Of a stretch of DNA of 51,439 bases, positions 1-9,170 are shown in pieces (positions within the stretch are counted from its first letter, which is position 1; each line of letters opens with the position of its first letter). This DNA is from an uncultured Candidatus Binatia bacterium (GTDB lineage: Bacteria > Desulfobacterota > Binatia > UBA1149), in the NCBI GenBank assembly GCA_963579235.1, contig CAUZFM010000003.1:1-51439 (forward strand). The letters are read 5' to 3'. A model generated the notes under the pieces. The model saw only the letters and a list, made by a program, of their open reading frames with translations, searched no databases and was not told where the DNA came from. Both the position numbers and the translations under genes were made by a program.

Positions 1-3000
1 CCCAGTAATCGCCGGGATTCATGCCCGGTGGTGGTGCTACAGTTCCAATGGAGATGTTTCTCGACGGCATATCGGAGGGATGGTTCATGCCACCAGCTAT
101 GGGGTCACTGAATAAATCACTCAACACTGGGATTCCTCCGTTCGGGGTGTGTCCGCTGATCCAGTTGGCCTGGGAGCCGGCCACCCTACGCTCCATTGCC
201 AAGTGATACGGTCCTATCCCCCCGGTTCTGTGACCCGTCAGGTGAACCACATCGGTTACCCGCGTATCACCGGTATTTCCGGGTGACTGGCCGCCACCAC
301 CTACACTCGTAGCAACCTCGTCGGCTGCTGCCAAGGATCTGCTGCCAGCTTGTGCGCTATGCGGCGCTTGGCCCCAGGCAAGGCCGCCCATGGCAAGGAA
401 AACTCCGCCCACGTCGCCCTGGGCACCGGCCCGGGCGGTGGTGGCCAGGTTGAGTGTTTTTGACAGGGCAGCGGCCGCCGTGGCGTTGCCCAGAGTCGCC
501 ACTTTGAACACCGGTTGCAGCAGCATGCCCTGCACGCCGGTGGCCGCCAGCCCCGAGCTGATGAAGCTGGCCATGCCCGCGCGCATGCCCGCTCCCAGGT
601 CGCCGCTCTTGACGGTGGCCTGCAAGGCGCTGACGATACCGCTGGTGGCCGCCCAGTTGAGCACGGCGGGCAGGGCAGGAAAGAAAAAGCCACCGTCGGG
701 GTCGGTGCCATTAAGGGGGTCCCAGGCCCCGTAGGCCCGCGGGTTGGCAAACTGGCCCTCGGGGTCAGGCGACAGGAACTGGCGGGTGGCCGGGTCGTAC
801 CAACGCCGCCCGAAGTCGACCAGCCCATGGCTGATCTCGGAGCGCTGGCCGGTAAAGCCCCAGCGGCTGCTGGAGTGGGTGGTCTCCAAGGCGACCAGGC
901 TACCGTCGGCCTCGCGCTGGTATACGGCCAGCGTCTGCCCCCAGGCGTCGTGGCGCAGGTAGCGCAGTGGCTGGCCGTCCTGGTCGCTTATGAGCCGCGT
1001 AGAGCCCAGGTGATCGACGTGGTAGTAGACCGTTTGCCCGGCCGGCGGCCATGCTGCTTGTTGGCCGTTGGCTGCAGGCGTGTACCTTTCCAGCGACAGG
1101 CCGTCGGGTGCGGCTACGCGATCGGACGCCACCAGTCGGCCCGCGAGGTGGAAGTAACGCAGCAGCTGGCCGCCCTCTATTTCGAACAACACCGCGCCGC
1201 TGTGAGTCGCGTATACCTGCGACCAACTGCCGTACTGCGCGTCGTAGCGACCCACCCGTGCGCCTCCCTGGTCAAGCGCGTAGCGGATCTCGTGGCCAGA
1301 CTCCGAAACACTCGAAACGAGGTTGCCCTCCATGTCCCAGGCCAGCGTTGAGTCGCCCTTGCTGCTTCGCCGGCCGTTGGCGTCCCAGCCCAGGGCGAGC
1401 CCGCCGGCATTGACGAGGCGGTGGGGGCGCAGCGGGTCGTAGAGCCAGGCCTGACCGTTGGACGCGGTCATGTTACCCAGCGAATCATAGGCAAACTGCT
1501 CGGTGCGGCTCGAGCCAGACCCCTGTTGGTAGGTGAGTTCCCGCAACCGCCCGAGTTCGTCGTAGCCGCCAAGGCCCGCTACTGGGCCGGCTGTACCCAC
1601 GCGCAGGCTCTCGTCGAGCTGCTGACCGGCCCAAAGCTGGTCGAGCAGTTCGAGAATACGGCCCTGTTGGTCGCGCGACCCAACCCCGACCGCCCGCAGG
1701 TCGCCGGGCTCAACGCCGCAGTTGGCCAGGCCCTGTTCGTGGGCCGCGGTGGGGCTGCTGCGCCAGCACCTGGGGTAGGCGTTTTGAGAAGGTGGCAGGT
1801 ACTCCAGGTGGTCGTTCAGCCCGTTGCCATACTCTATTCTTGTCGTGTTGCCCCAGGCGTCGTGCTCGACGGCCGACACCAGGGGCTTGTCGCCCAGCGA
1901 CAGGCCCAACACGCGCCCGAGCACCGAGTAGCTGGTCTCAAGTTTTTCGACCAGCATCTGTCCAGCCGAGTTTGCCGACGGGTAGCCCACCGACAGCACG
2001 CGGCCCGACTTGTCGTACTCGTAGGTCACCATGTAGCGCGACCGCGCTCGGCCGGTTCGAAGCCGTATGTCTTCTGAGGCCACCAGCCCCAGTTCGTTGT
2101 AAGCCAGGCGGCGATCCACCTTTGATTCGCCGCGCTTGGACTTGACCCTTTCCAGTTGGCCTTCACCCACGCGCCCGGCCCCGACGTAGCGGTAACCCTG
2201 GCGAAGCTTTTCGGTGCCGCTGCGGCCCTTGCGTTTCCGCACCCGGCCGGCGTTGTCATAGCGGGTCACGACCACTCCGCGCCTGGGCGACAGCGTCGCT
2301 CCTTCGTGCACGGGGTCGACGAAAGAAAGCACGCGCCCGGCTTCGTCGCGCTGGTACAGCCAGGTGCCGGTGTCGAGGTCATCGCGGCGAAGGAGCTTGC
2401 CCGAGCCGTCGTACCAGTTGCGTTCGTAGAGTATCGGCTCGGCGGGTTGGCTTTCGAGTCGCCACAACCAGCGCTCAGTTACGCGCCCGAGCGCGTCGTA
2501 TGCGACCTCGCTGCGCGACAGCAGCTGGCTGTCGGGGCACTGGTCGCCTGCTTCGAGCAATGGCAGAACCGCGCAGGATTCGCTGCGCGTCACACGTCCG
2601 AGTGCGTCGAGGTATTCCAGGCTGACCTGGCCCGCCAGCGAACCGGCAGCCATGTTGGCGTCGACCCTGGCGCGCACTCCAGCCACCGAACCCACGAAAA
2701 GTGTTGTCGAACCGTCGGGCAGGGTGGAGCTGAGCAGGCTCCCGGAGTGCAGCTCGTAGCTCCAGCTACGATGGGTTTCGGGGTCGGACGTGGCAAAGGT
2801 CTCGTCGAGCGTGAGCAGGCCGGCGTGGCTCGTGGGGCCCGTGTTCACCGGGTCTTCAAAGGGTAGCGCTTCGGCCGTTACCCGGCCGCTGCTGTCGTAG
2901 GACTTGAGGCCGCTCAGCAGGCTGTTGACGGCAATGCCACCAAGCCGCGCTGTCTCGGTGCGGGTCGCGACCTCGCGGCCCAGACCGTCATAAAAAATAA

Positions 3001-6000
3001 CTGAATCGGGCTTTCCCCAGCCGCTTAGCTTTACGTGCCCGCGGGTCGAAGTGCAGGGGCCACCGGCCGGTTGGCACTGGGCCAGGGGTTGCTGGTAGCT
3101 GGTGGTGTTCGTCGGCGCCTCGGCGGTCAAAAAAGCGGGCGTCCAGTTTCTCGCCGAGCGGCCCAGCCCGTCGTACTCGTTGCGCACCCTCCGGCCGTCG
3201 CCCGAGGTCGATTGCAGCAGCAGCCCGGCGGCTGCGTCGTAGCTCAGGTAGGAGCGGTTTCCGCCGGCTGTTTTCTCGACGGTCGGGTAGAGTTGCCACG
3301 GCCCCCCGTAGGCGATCGTTCGCAGGCCGCCGGTAGGCAAAACTTCCCTGCTCAGGAGGCCATCCGAGTTGTAGAAGAACGAGTTGGCCGACCAGCGGGA
3401 GCAGTCGCCCTGTTGGTCAAAAGCGAGACAGCGCGATTCAGACGCGAGTTCGGCCTGGGGCCCGTACTGCCAGCTACTGTCGCTGAGCGGTGTGCCGGAC
3501 TCCTGGTTTTCAAACAGGCGCAGCCGCGACGGGCGGCTCACAACCCGTGCGCCCTCGAGCGTATCAGGGTCGAGCACCGGAACTCCTGCCGGTAGAAATT
3601 CGCCCACGCTTATGACCGAGGCGATAGACGGCGAATGTTTTTCGCGGCGCGTTTCGTTGCCGTGCTGGTCGTACTGCCACAGCGTGGTCAGTACCAACGA
3701 GTTGAGCGGGCACGATGTGGAGCCGCAGGCCGAGTCAGCGCGGTAGGGCGTGGTGACCTGGGAGACGGGGGCCAGTGGTGCCGCGCCCGCCAGCAGCAGG
3801 GTGGGATCGGGCCACTGGGTTGCGGTCTCGTCGAGCAGGTAGTTCCAAGGGTCGCAGGCCGGTCCCGGGGGGGGACTGGCGGCCGCCGCGCAGGCGGGGT
3901 TTCCCAGGCGCAGGCTGCGGTAAACCTTGCCCTTGCGCGCCGTGTCCTGGTGGAAGTACGTAAAGCGGGCCAGTCCGGATGGCTGTAGGGCCACGGTACT
4001 GGCAAAACCCTGGAATTCGCGCCCGGCGGAGTCCCAGCTGGCACCGCGATAGGCCCAGCTGCTGGTGACGGGAGTGTTGTTGACGTCTATGACGTCAAAC
4101 AGCGTGCGGCGGCTGAGCGTCCACAAGGGAAACGGCAGGCACTTGCCCGAAAGCCGCTTTCCCTGGGCGTCGTACTGGCAGGCTTCGTCATCCTGCATAG
4201 AGACCGGGCTGTACTCGAGCTGGGTAACTCCGCCAACGCCGTTCTCCATGACCACCATTGCTCCCGGGCGGGTGCGCAGGTGGTCGGGGGTTGCTGACCA
4301 GCCGGCCCTGGGCGAAGCCGGGTTGAGGTGAACCTGCCAGCGGTTGCTGCCGTCGGGTTGGCGGTGCAGTTCGACCAGGTCCACCAGGCCGTCACCGTCA
4401 AAGTCGAGCAGATCGTGGTTCAACTGCGGCGAGGGAGCGGGAACCGCGGGGGGCGTGGAAACAAGACGCAGGCGACCGCTATCGCTCCACCAGGCAAGCG
4501 GCTGTGGGTCGGAGAACCCGGATCCATTGTTCACGAACAGGTAGTTGTTCAGGCAGCAGATCGGCGGGGAGACTACGTTGAAGGGGTCGGCCTGGCAGGC
4601 CGCCTCGCCGTTGATGCAAAGCAGTACGTCGAGATGTGCTTGCCCGCTGCCGGTTATGGGCGCGACCAGGTCGGGCAGGCCATCGCCGGTTATGTCGACC
4701 AGCTCCTGCGAGGCAGTGGAGCTGCTGTGCACCGAGTTCGACAGCGACTGGTCGTGGCTGATGTAGTTGGCCAGCAGCGGCTCATTTCCCCCTGGGCCGC
4801 CGTTGCCGCCGGGCCCCCAGCTGCGAGCCTGGCTTTCGAAGCCGCTGCCGTTGTTGAAGTAGACCAGCCAGTGCTGTTCGGACATCTCCTGCGGTGAGTA
4901 GTTTCCCGTCGCGTTGGGCCAGGTGCTGGGTGCCGCATCAACGAAATCGGGTAGGCCGTCGCCGTTTATGTCTATAAGTCCGCTGACCAGGTAGCCCTGG
5001 TCGCCCGGGCTGTGGCGTTGCATGATCCAGGCCCGCGGCGCGGCAAACTGCGATGGCACGGCTGAAAAACCCGCGCCGGTGTTCCAGTGCACGGTCCACC
5101 AGGGGCTGGCCGTGCTCCACGGCCAGCTGGCCACCCAGTCGGGCAGGCCGTCGCTGTTGAGGTCCACGATTTCAACGTGCACGCGGTCTCCGTTGGAGTC
5201 GGCCTGGCGGATGTCGAAGCTGGGCGCGGGCCAGGCCTGCGGCGCAAGGCTGAATCCGTTGCCGGTGTTGCGGTGCAGGCACCAGGCCGTCGGCAGCCCC
5301 GGTCCGCTGCAGAGGTTGGCCTCGTCGGCCTCCACGTAGTCGGGCAGGCCGTCACCGTCGAGGTCAAAAATGTTGTGCTGTATGTTCGAGGCCTGGTCTA
5401 TGTCCCTGATGTTGTTGAGAACGGGTGACGGCCAGTCGACCGCGAGGTCAAACCCTCGGCCGTTCCCGCGACGCAGGGTGACCTCGTCGCCGCCGGTTTC
5501 GAGCTGGTCCACGAGCCCGTCGCCGGTCATGTCGAGCAGCTCGAGTTTGGGTTCTCCTCGCGGGTCGCGGATGCGGTCGGGCCCGTCAAAACTGATGGCG
5601 TAATTGGCTCGCTGCTCGAGGCTGCCCAGCGGCCAGCCGGTCTGCAGGGTGGGAGCGTAGGCGAACACCGCCGGTGGCATGGTGACGTCGTCGGCCGGGC
5701 TCGCACCGGTGCCCTCAATCCAGCCAAAGCCTGTCAGGCCCACCGACTGCAGCAGGGCCGCACCGGTAACGGCGTCCACGGCGTGGGTGAGCTCGTAGCG
5801 ACGAACCTGTCGCTCTTCTACCCAGGTGCTGATGCTGCCGAGCAGCACGCTGGCTTCGCGACGAAAACCGGCCGAGTAGTCAGCTCTCGGCTGGTCGGGG
5901 TACAGGCGAGGCGAGTAGTCGAAGCGGAGCTCTATGAAGTTGGCTATCTGCTGGTTGCCGCCGTAGCGCACAGCGAGAGGCAACAACTCACCTTGGCCGA

Positions 6001-6697
6001 AGAACTGCCAGTCGTAGTCGATGCTGTTGCCGAACAGGTCCTCGGTTCTCAGGATGACCCAGGCGAAGGTGCCGTCGGCCTGCAACGGGTCGGGACCTAT
6101 TCGGCCGGCACCGCTGTTGTTACCAGCACCGCCCGTAGCGCCGAACCAGTGGACCAGCCCGGTCGGATCAAAGACTTTCCAGAGATTGGCTTGCTGGTCG
6201 AAACCCGCGCGCAGGGCCGACTCTCCGTGGGCCGGCCGGTACAGCCGGCCCTGCCCGGGCACGAGCCGGATCGAGGATCCCCCCATCTCGAGTACGAAAC
6301 TGTCTTGGGTGTCGTAACGCGGGACGCCGTGCGTGGTGGAGCGGTGCAGCCTGGCAGCCGTCATACTCCAGCCGCGACCCCAGGCACCGCCCGGCGACGA
6401 GGACGACGCGCTGTTGTAGCCTAACCCGAGGCTGGGGGTGAGACTGCCGCGGCCCGGGGGGAGTTCGATGGGCAGGCCCACGGTGGCCGAGCCCGTGAAC
6501 AGGTCGGCCGAAGGGTCGGCGGCCATGGAGGCAAAGGGCGCCGAGCCATCGCCGGTCTGTGAGCCCGAGGCCCCGCCGGGTGTCGGGTAGGACTGCTGGG
6601 CGTTGCTGCTGCCCGGTGTGCCGGCGCTGGCGAGCAGCACTGCCAACAGGGCGTTCAAGAACAGCCGTCGCGACTTGCCCTTGGCCCGCGGCTTCAA
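1..6697 (-). CDS. Secreted SpvB/FG-GAP/YD-repeat RHS polymorphic toxin (TcB-TcC fusion-like); 3' end runs off the window
   Basis: Manual minus-strand translation from TTG at 6697 gives MKPRAKGKSRRLFLNALLAVLLASAG (signal-like), then ADLFTGSATVGLPIELPPGRGSLTPSLGLGYNS (SpvB N-terminus). Several DxxGDGLxD FG-GAP motifs lie at ~4370-5530, followed by YD repeats and the RHS core YYHVDHLGSTRL...GFTGQ...RWYDPATRQFLSPDP...DPLNGTDPDG (DPDG at 692-703). The same frame is open at position 2, and the ORF track reports no stop-terminated ORF in this frame. Confidence 0.92.
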   Translation of the reverse strand, partial: MKPRAKGKSRRLFLNALLAVLLASAGTPGSSNAQQSYPTPGGASGSQTGDGSAPFASMAADPSADLFTGSATVGLPIELPPGRGSLTPSLGLGYNSASSSSPGGAWGRGWSMTAARLHRSTTHGVPRYDTQDSFVLEMGGSSIRLVPGQGRLYRPAHGESALRAGFDQQANLWKVFDPTGLVHWFGATGGAGNNSGAGRIGPDPLQADGTFAWVILRTEDLFGNSIDYDWQFFGQGELLPLAVRYGGNQQIANFIELRFDYSPRLYPDQPRADYSAGFRREASVLLGSISTWVEERQVRRYELTHAVDAVTGAALLQSVGLTGFGWIEGTGASPADDVTMPPAVFAYAPTLQTGWPLGSLEQRANYAISFDGPDRIRDPRGEPKLELLDMTGDGLVDQLETGGDEVTLRRGNGRGFDLAVDWPSPVLNNIRDIDQASNIQHNIFDLDGDGLPDYVEADEANLCSGPGLPTAWCLHRNTGNGFSLAPQAWPAPSFDIRQADSNGDRVHVEIVDLNSDGLPDWVASWPWSTASPWWTVHWNTGAGFSAVPSQFAAPRAWIMQRHSPGDQGYLVSGLIDINGDGLPDFVDAAPSTWPNATGNYSPQEMSEQHWLVYFNNGSGFESQARSWGPGGNGGPGGNEPLLANYISHDQSLSNSVHSSSTASQELVDITGDGLPDLVAPITGSGQAHLDVLLCINGEAACQADPFNVVSPPICCLNNYLFVNNGSGFSDPQPLAWWSDSGRLRLVSTPPAVPAPSPQLNHDLLDFDGDGLVDLVELHRQPDGSNRWQVHLNPASPRAGWSATPDHLRTRPGAMVVMENGVGGVTQLEYSPVSMQDDEACQYDAQGKRLSGKCLPFPLWTLSRRTLFDVIDVNNTPVTSSWAYRGASWDSAGREFQGFASTVALQPSGLARFTYFHQDTARKGKVYRSLRLGNPACAAAASPPPGPACDPWNYLLDETATQWPDPTLLLAGAAPLAPVSQVTTPYRADSACGSTSCPLNSLVLTTLWQYDQHGNETRREKHSPSIASVISVGEFLPAGVPVLDPDTLEGARVVSRPSRLRLFENQESGTPLSDSSWQYGPQAELASESRCLAFDQQGDCSRWSANSFFYNSDGLLSREVLPTGGLRTIAYGGPWQLYPTVEKTAGGNRSYLSYDAAAGLLLQSTSGDGRRVRNEYDGLGRSARNWTPAFLTAEAPTNTTSYQQPLAQCQPAGGPCTSTRGHVKLSGWGKPDSVIFYDGLGREVATRTETARLGGIAVNSLLSGLKSYDSSGRVTAEALPFEDPVNTGPTSHAGLLTLDETFATSDPETHRSWSYELHSGSLLSSTLPDGSTTLFVGSVAGVRARVDANMAAGSLAGQVSLEYLDALGRVTRSESCAVLPLLEAGDQCPDSQLLSRSEVAYDALGRVTERWLWRLESQPAEPILYERNWYDGSGKLLRRDDLDTGTWLYQRDEAGRVLSFVDPVHEGATLSPRRGVVVTRYDNAGRVRKRKGRSGTEKLRQGYRYVGAGRVGEGQLERVKSKRGESKVDRRLAYNELGLVASEDIRLRTGRARSRYMVTYEYDKSGRVLSVGYPSANSAGQMLVEKLETSYSVLGRVLGLSLGDKPLVSAVEHDAWGNTTRIEYGNGLNDHLEYLPPSQNAYPRCWRSSPTAAHEQGLANCGVEPGDLRAVGVGSRDQQGRILELLDQLWAGQQLDESLRVGTAGPVAGLGGYDELGRLRELTYQQGSGSSRTEQFAYDSLGNMTASNGQAWLYDPLRPHRLVNAGGLALGWDANGRRSSKGDSTLAWDMEGNLVSSVSESGHEIRYALDQGGARVGRYDAQYGSWSQVYATHSGAVLFEIEGGQLLRYFHLAGRLVASDRVAAPDGLSLERYTPAANGQQAAWPPAGQTVYYHVDHLGSTRLISDQDGQPLRYLRHDAWGQTLAVYQREADGSLVALETTHSSSRWGFTGQRSEISHGLVDFGRRWYDPATRQFLSPDPEGQFANPRAYGAWDPLNGTDPDGGFFFPALPAVLNWAATSGIVSALQATVKSGDLGAGMRAGMASFISSGLAATGVQGMLLQPVFKVATLGNATAAAALSKTLNLATTARAGAQGDVGGVFLAMGGLAWGQAPHSAQAGSRSLAAADEVATSVGGGGQSPGNTGDTRVTDVVHLTGHRTGGIGPYHLAMERRVAGSQANWISGHTPNGGIPVLSDLFSDPIAGGMNHPSDMPSRNISIGTVAPPPGMNPGDYW

Positions 6698-7044
6698 TTG
6701 TTTTCTCTTTTGCTGGTCGGCCGGGGAGCGGTATCAAAGTAAACCGATAGGTCCCGGCTGCTGGAGTGCAGGCGCTCGGCGACCCGCCGGTCATGCTCAT
6801 CCTCAACGCGCTTGAGCAGAAAACGCAGGCGCGCGAGGTCCTGGGCGTTTTCGTCGAAGGCCAGGCGGGCCTCGCCTCCGCCAGGCGAAGCCGGCTGCAT
6901 GGCCAGTGGGCCGGTCACGAGCCGCTGGTGGCCGTAAGATGGCGTGGGCAGGGCAAGGCCTGCGACCAGAAGCCCAACGGCCAACAGGTCGGAACTTAGA
7001 GTAGCGGCTCGGGGGAAGCCTGCGTGCTGATTGATTGCTTTCAT
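6694..7044 (-). CDS. Small hypothetical exported/membrane protein (116 aa) coupled to the RHS gene
   Basis: ATG at 7044 is preceded by GGGAGAG. The protein has a hydrophobic stretch (LLAVGLLVAGLAL) followed by a charged helical region. Its TGA overlaps the RHS TTG start (TTGA overlap). Confidence 0.6.
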   Translation of the reverse strand: MKAINQHAGFPRAATLSSDLLAVGLLVAGLALPTPSYGHQRLVTGPLAMQPASPGGGEARLAFDENAQDLARLRFLLKRVEDEHDRRVAERLHSSSRDLSVYFDTAPRPTSKRENN

Positions 7045-7111
7045 TTTTCTCTCCCTGGGCACCGGCTTCGTTCCCCCGCAGGCCCGTGCCGTCGCCTCCC
7101 CATACTTGTAC

Positions 7112-7131
7112 AAAAGCAAGGGTCTGCTTTT
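7112..7131. promoter_or_regulatory. Inverted repeat AAAAGCA-N6-TGCTTTT in the divergent RHS/GT9 intergenic region
   Basis: Perfect 7-bp arms in an AT-rich patch, overlapping a minus-strand TTGAAA -35-like hexamer. Confidence 0.35.
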
Positions 7132-7198
7132 CAACGACATCGCTTTAATAAGAGGCCCCGGGCTGGGCCGGTATGTAGTTCGTGCTATACAGCGGCGC

Positions 7199-8269
7199 GT
7201 GGACCGTTCAGCACTCAGCGATCCTGGAGCCCGAATACTGGTGATCCGCCTTGGCGCGGTGGGTGACTGTCTGCGCGTGTGCCCGGCAATAAAACGGCTG
7301 CGCGAAGCCCGTCCTGCAGCCACGGTGGCCTGGGCGGTAGAGGATCGCGTACTGTCCGTTCTCGAGGGTCACCCGGCTATCGACCGCTTTCACGTGTTAC
7401 GTCGCTCCGAGCTCAACGCTGGTGTCGGTCGCGCCTGGGCCGAAATAAAACGCTTCAGGCGCGAGCTCAGGGCCGGTCGCTACGAAGTCGTCATCGACTT
7501 TCACGGCAGGCTCAAGAGCGGGCTGGTTGCCTGGATGAGTGGCGTGCCCTTGCGCGTTGGCTACTCACGCAAAGACGGTAGCGAGTGCAATTACCTGTTC
7601 ATGAACCAGCGGGTAAGCCTGTGCGACAGTTGGGAGAACCGTGTCCTGCGTTTTCTCGAGCTGCTGTCTCCGCTGGGCATCAACACGGCCGTTGAGCGCG
7701 AGCTTCTGGGCCTGCATTTGGACCCCGCCGCTCTCCTGCGCGCCTCGGCGATGTACAGCCAGGCCGGCTGCCCCGAACTGGCCCTGTACCCGGGCTGCAG
7801 CAGCGGTCGCGCGGGCGAGCGCTGGCCGCTTGAGCGTTGGCGGCAGTACCTGCAGCGGCTCGACGCCGCCGGCATACGGTCGATGTTGCTGTGGGGGCCC
7901 GACGAAGTGGAGCTGGTAGAGCAGCTGCGTGGCGCCCTCGGATCGAGCAGCTGCGTGGCGCCCTCAACCACGCTGCCCGAGCTGGTGGCCCTGACGGGCC
8001 AGTTCAGGGCCTACGTGGGTAGCGATACGGCGGCCTTGCACATGGCCTGGCTGCAGGGTGTGCCAGCGGCGGTATTTACGGGTCCCAAACCTTCGGCGAC
8101 GGCCTCGCCGCTGGCGCTGGTTGACCACAGGATACTCAGGAGCGAGGAGCACTACGTGGAGGGCCTGGCGCCAAGTCGCCAATCCCCTGGAGTTACAAGG
8201 GAAGTGACAGTCGAGCAGGTAGTCGCTGCCACCCGTTCTTTGCTGGCAGCTTCATCGGCCAGCGTCTGA
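7199..8269 (+). CDS. Glycosyltransferase family 9 (LPS heptosyltransferase-like)
   Basis: ILVIRLGAVGD, YEVVIDFHGRLKS, RWP and YVGSDTAALHMA motifs. Start placed at GTG 7199 rather than the ORF-track start at 7031. Confidence 0.88.
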   Translation: MDRSALSDPGARILVIRLGAVGDCLRVCPAIKRLREARPAATVAWAVEDRVLSVLEGHPAIDRFHVLRRSELNAGVGRAWAEIKRFRRELRAGRYEVVIDFHGRLKSGLVAWMSGVPLRVGYSRKDGSECNYLFMNQRVSLCDSWENRVLRFLELLSPLGINTAVERELLGLHLDPAALLRASAMYSQAGCPELALYPGCSSGRAGERWPLERWRQYLQRLDAAGIRSMLLWGPDEVELVEQLRGALGSSSCVAPSTTLPELVALTGQFRAYVGSDTAALHMAWLQGVPAAVFTGPKPSATASPLALVDHRILRSEEHYVEGLAPSRQSPGVTREVTVEQVVAATRSLLAASSASV

Positions 8270-8275
8270 GCCGCC

Positions 8276-8986
8276 TCAGCCCCAGGCGTTGCTCTCATAC
8301 CAGCGCATATAACCAAGCACCCGGCTGACGTGCTGCCGGGTTTCGCGATAGGGCGGCGTGGTGTTGCCGTAGCGGCGCACGGCGCCCGGGCCGGCGTTCC
8401 ATGCCGCTGCCAGGAGGTCGTAACGCTGTTCGAAGCGGTTTATGTGCATGGTGTTGATGTAGCTGGCCAACAGCAGGTTTATGGCGGGGTCAAACAGATC
8501 CGATTCGTTGAATTCGCGCAGTTGGGCTTTGTCCACGTACAGGTAATCGCGTCCATCGGCCGCAAGTCGGCGCGCGGCGGCCCTCGCCGTGGCCGGCATG
8601 AGCTGGGTAAGCCCGCGGGCTCCCACCGGCGACACGGCGTCGGCCCGGCCACCAGACTCGGTAAGAACCAGGGCCCTGAGATAATTGCTGGAAATGCGAC
8701 GGTCAGAATCGCCCCAGGCCAGCGAAGAGTAGTAGCGCAGCAGGTGCTCGTAGCGGTCGAGCCTTGCGACTTGATGCCGGCCGGGTGCCAGGCCTGCCCG
8801 TGGGGCGGGGGAGACGTCGGCTTGTCGTTTGGCCATAACCCGGGCCACCGAGGGAAGGCGTCGCTGGCCTTTAATTTCGAGCTCACCGCGGGCATCGGGA
8901 AGGCCGGTAGCCCAGGGCGACTCGGCCAGCAGCAGGCAGGCCGCCAGCAGCAGGGTGGCCGATCGCCGTTTGGGAAGGTGAACCAT
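8276..8986 (-). CDS. Lytic transglycosylase (SLT domain) with signal peptide
   Basis: ESGG...AVSPVGARGLTQLMPATA, AAWNAGPGAV and PPYRETRQHV motifs. Start uncertain (8986 or 9013). Confidence 0.9.
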   Translation of the reverse strand: MVHLPKRRSATLLLAACLLLAESPWATGLPDARGELEIKGQRRLPSVARVMAKRQADVSPAPRAGLAPGRHQVARLDRYEHLLRYYSSLAWGDSDRRISSNYLRALVLTESGGRADAVSPVGARGLTQLMPATARAAARRLAADGRDYLYVDKAQLREFNESDLFDPAINLLLASYINTMHINRFEQRYDLLAAAWNAGPGAVRRYGNTTPPYRETRQHVSRVLGYMRWYESNAWG

Positions 8987-9170
8987 GGCCCAACCAAGCA
9001 AACGCTGTGCCATCCGTAGCGTCTCCGCCAGGGCAATGTTTTCGCGGGTAAAATTCCTGTCCGGCTCGTGTGGCCGCCAACCGGGGTACACAGCTGTCCA
9101 CTAAGGTGCATCTATTTCTTACCGCTATTTAACAGGAAGGCGCCTCCCCCTTCCTGTGGGGATGTGCTAG

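Noticed and set aside
6694-6700. Programmed frameshift or selenocysteine read-through joining the 116-aa ORF to the RHS gene
   Set aside because: The RHS frame has its own TTG start and signal peptide, read-through of the TGA does not enter the RHS frame, and no canonical slippery heptamer or SECIS is evident.
21-6815. Many plus-strand and off-frame ORFs of 60-280 aa
   Set aside because: Antisense or alternate-frame shadows of the long RHS gene, common in high-GC DNA; no recognisable motifs.
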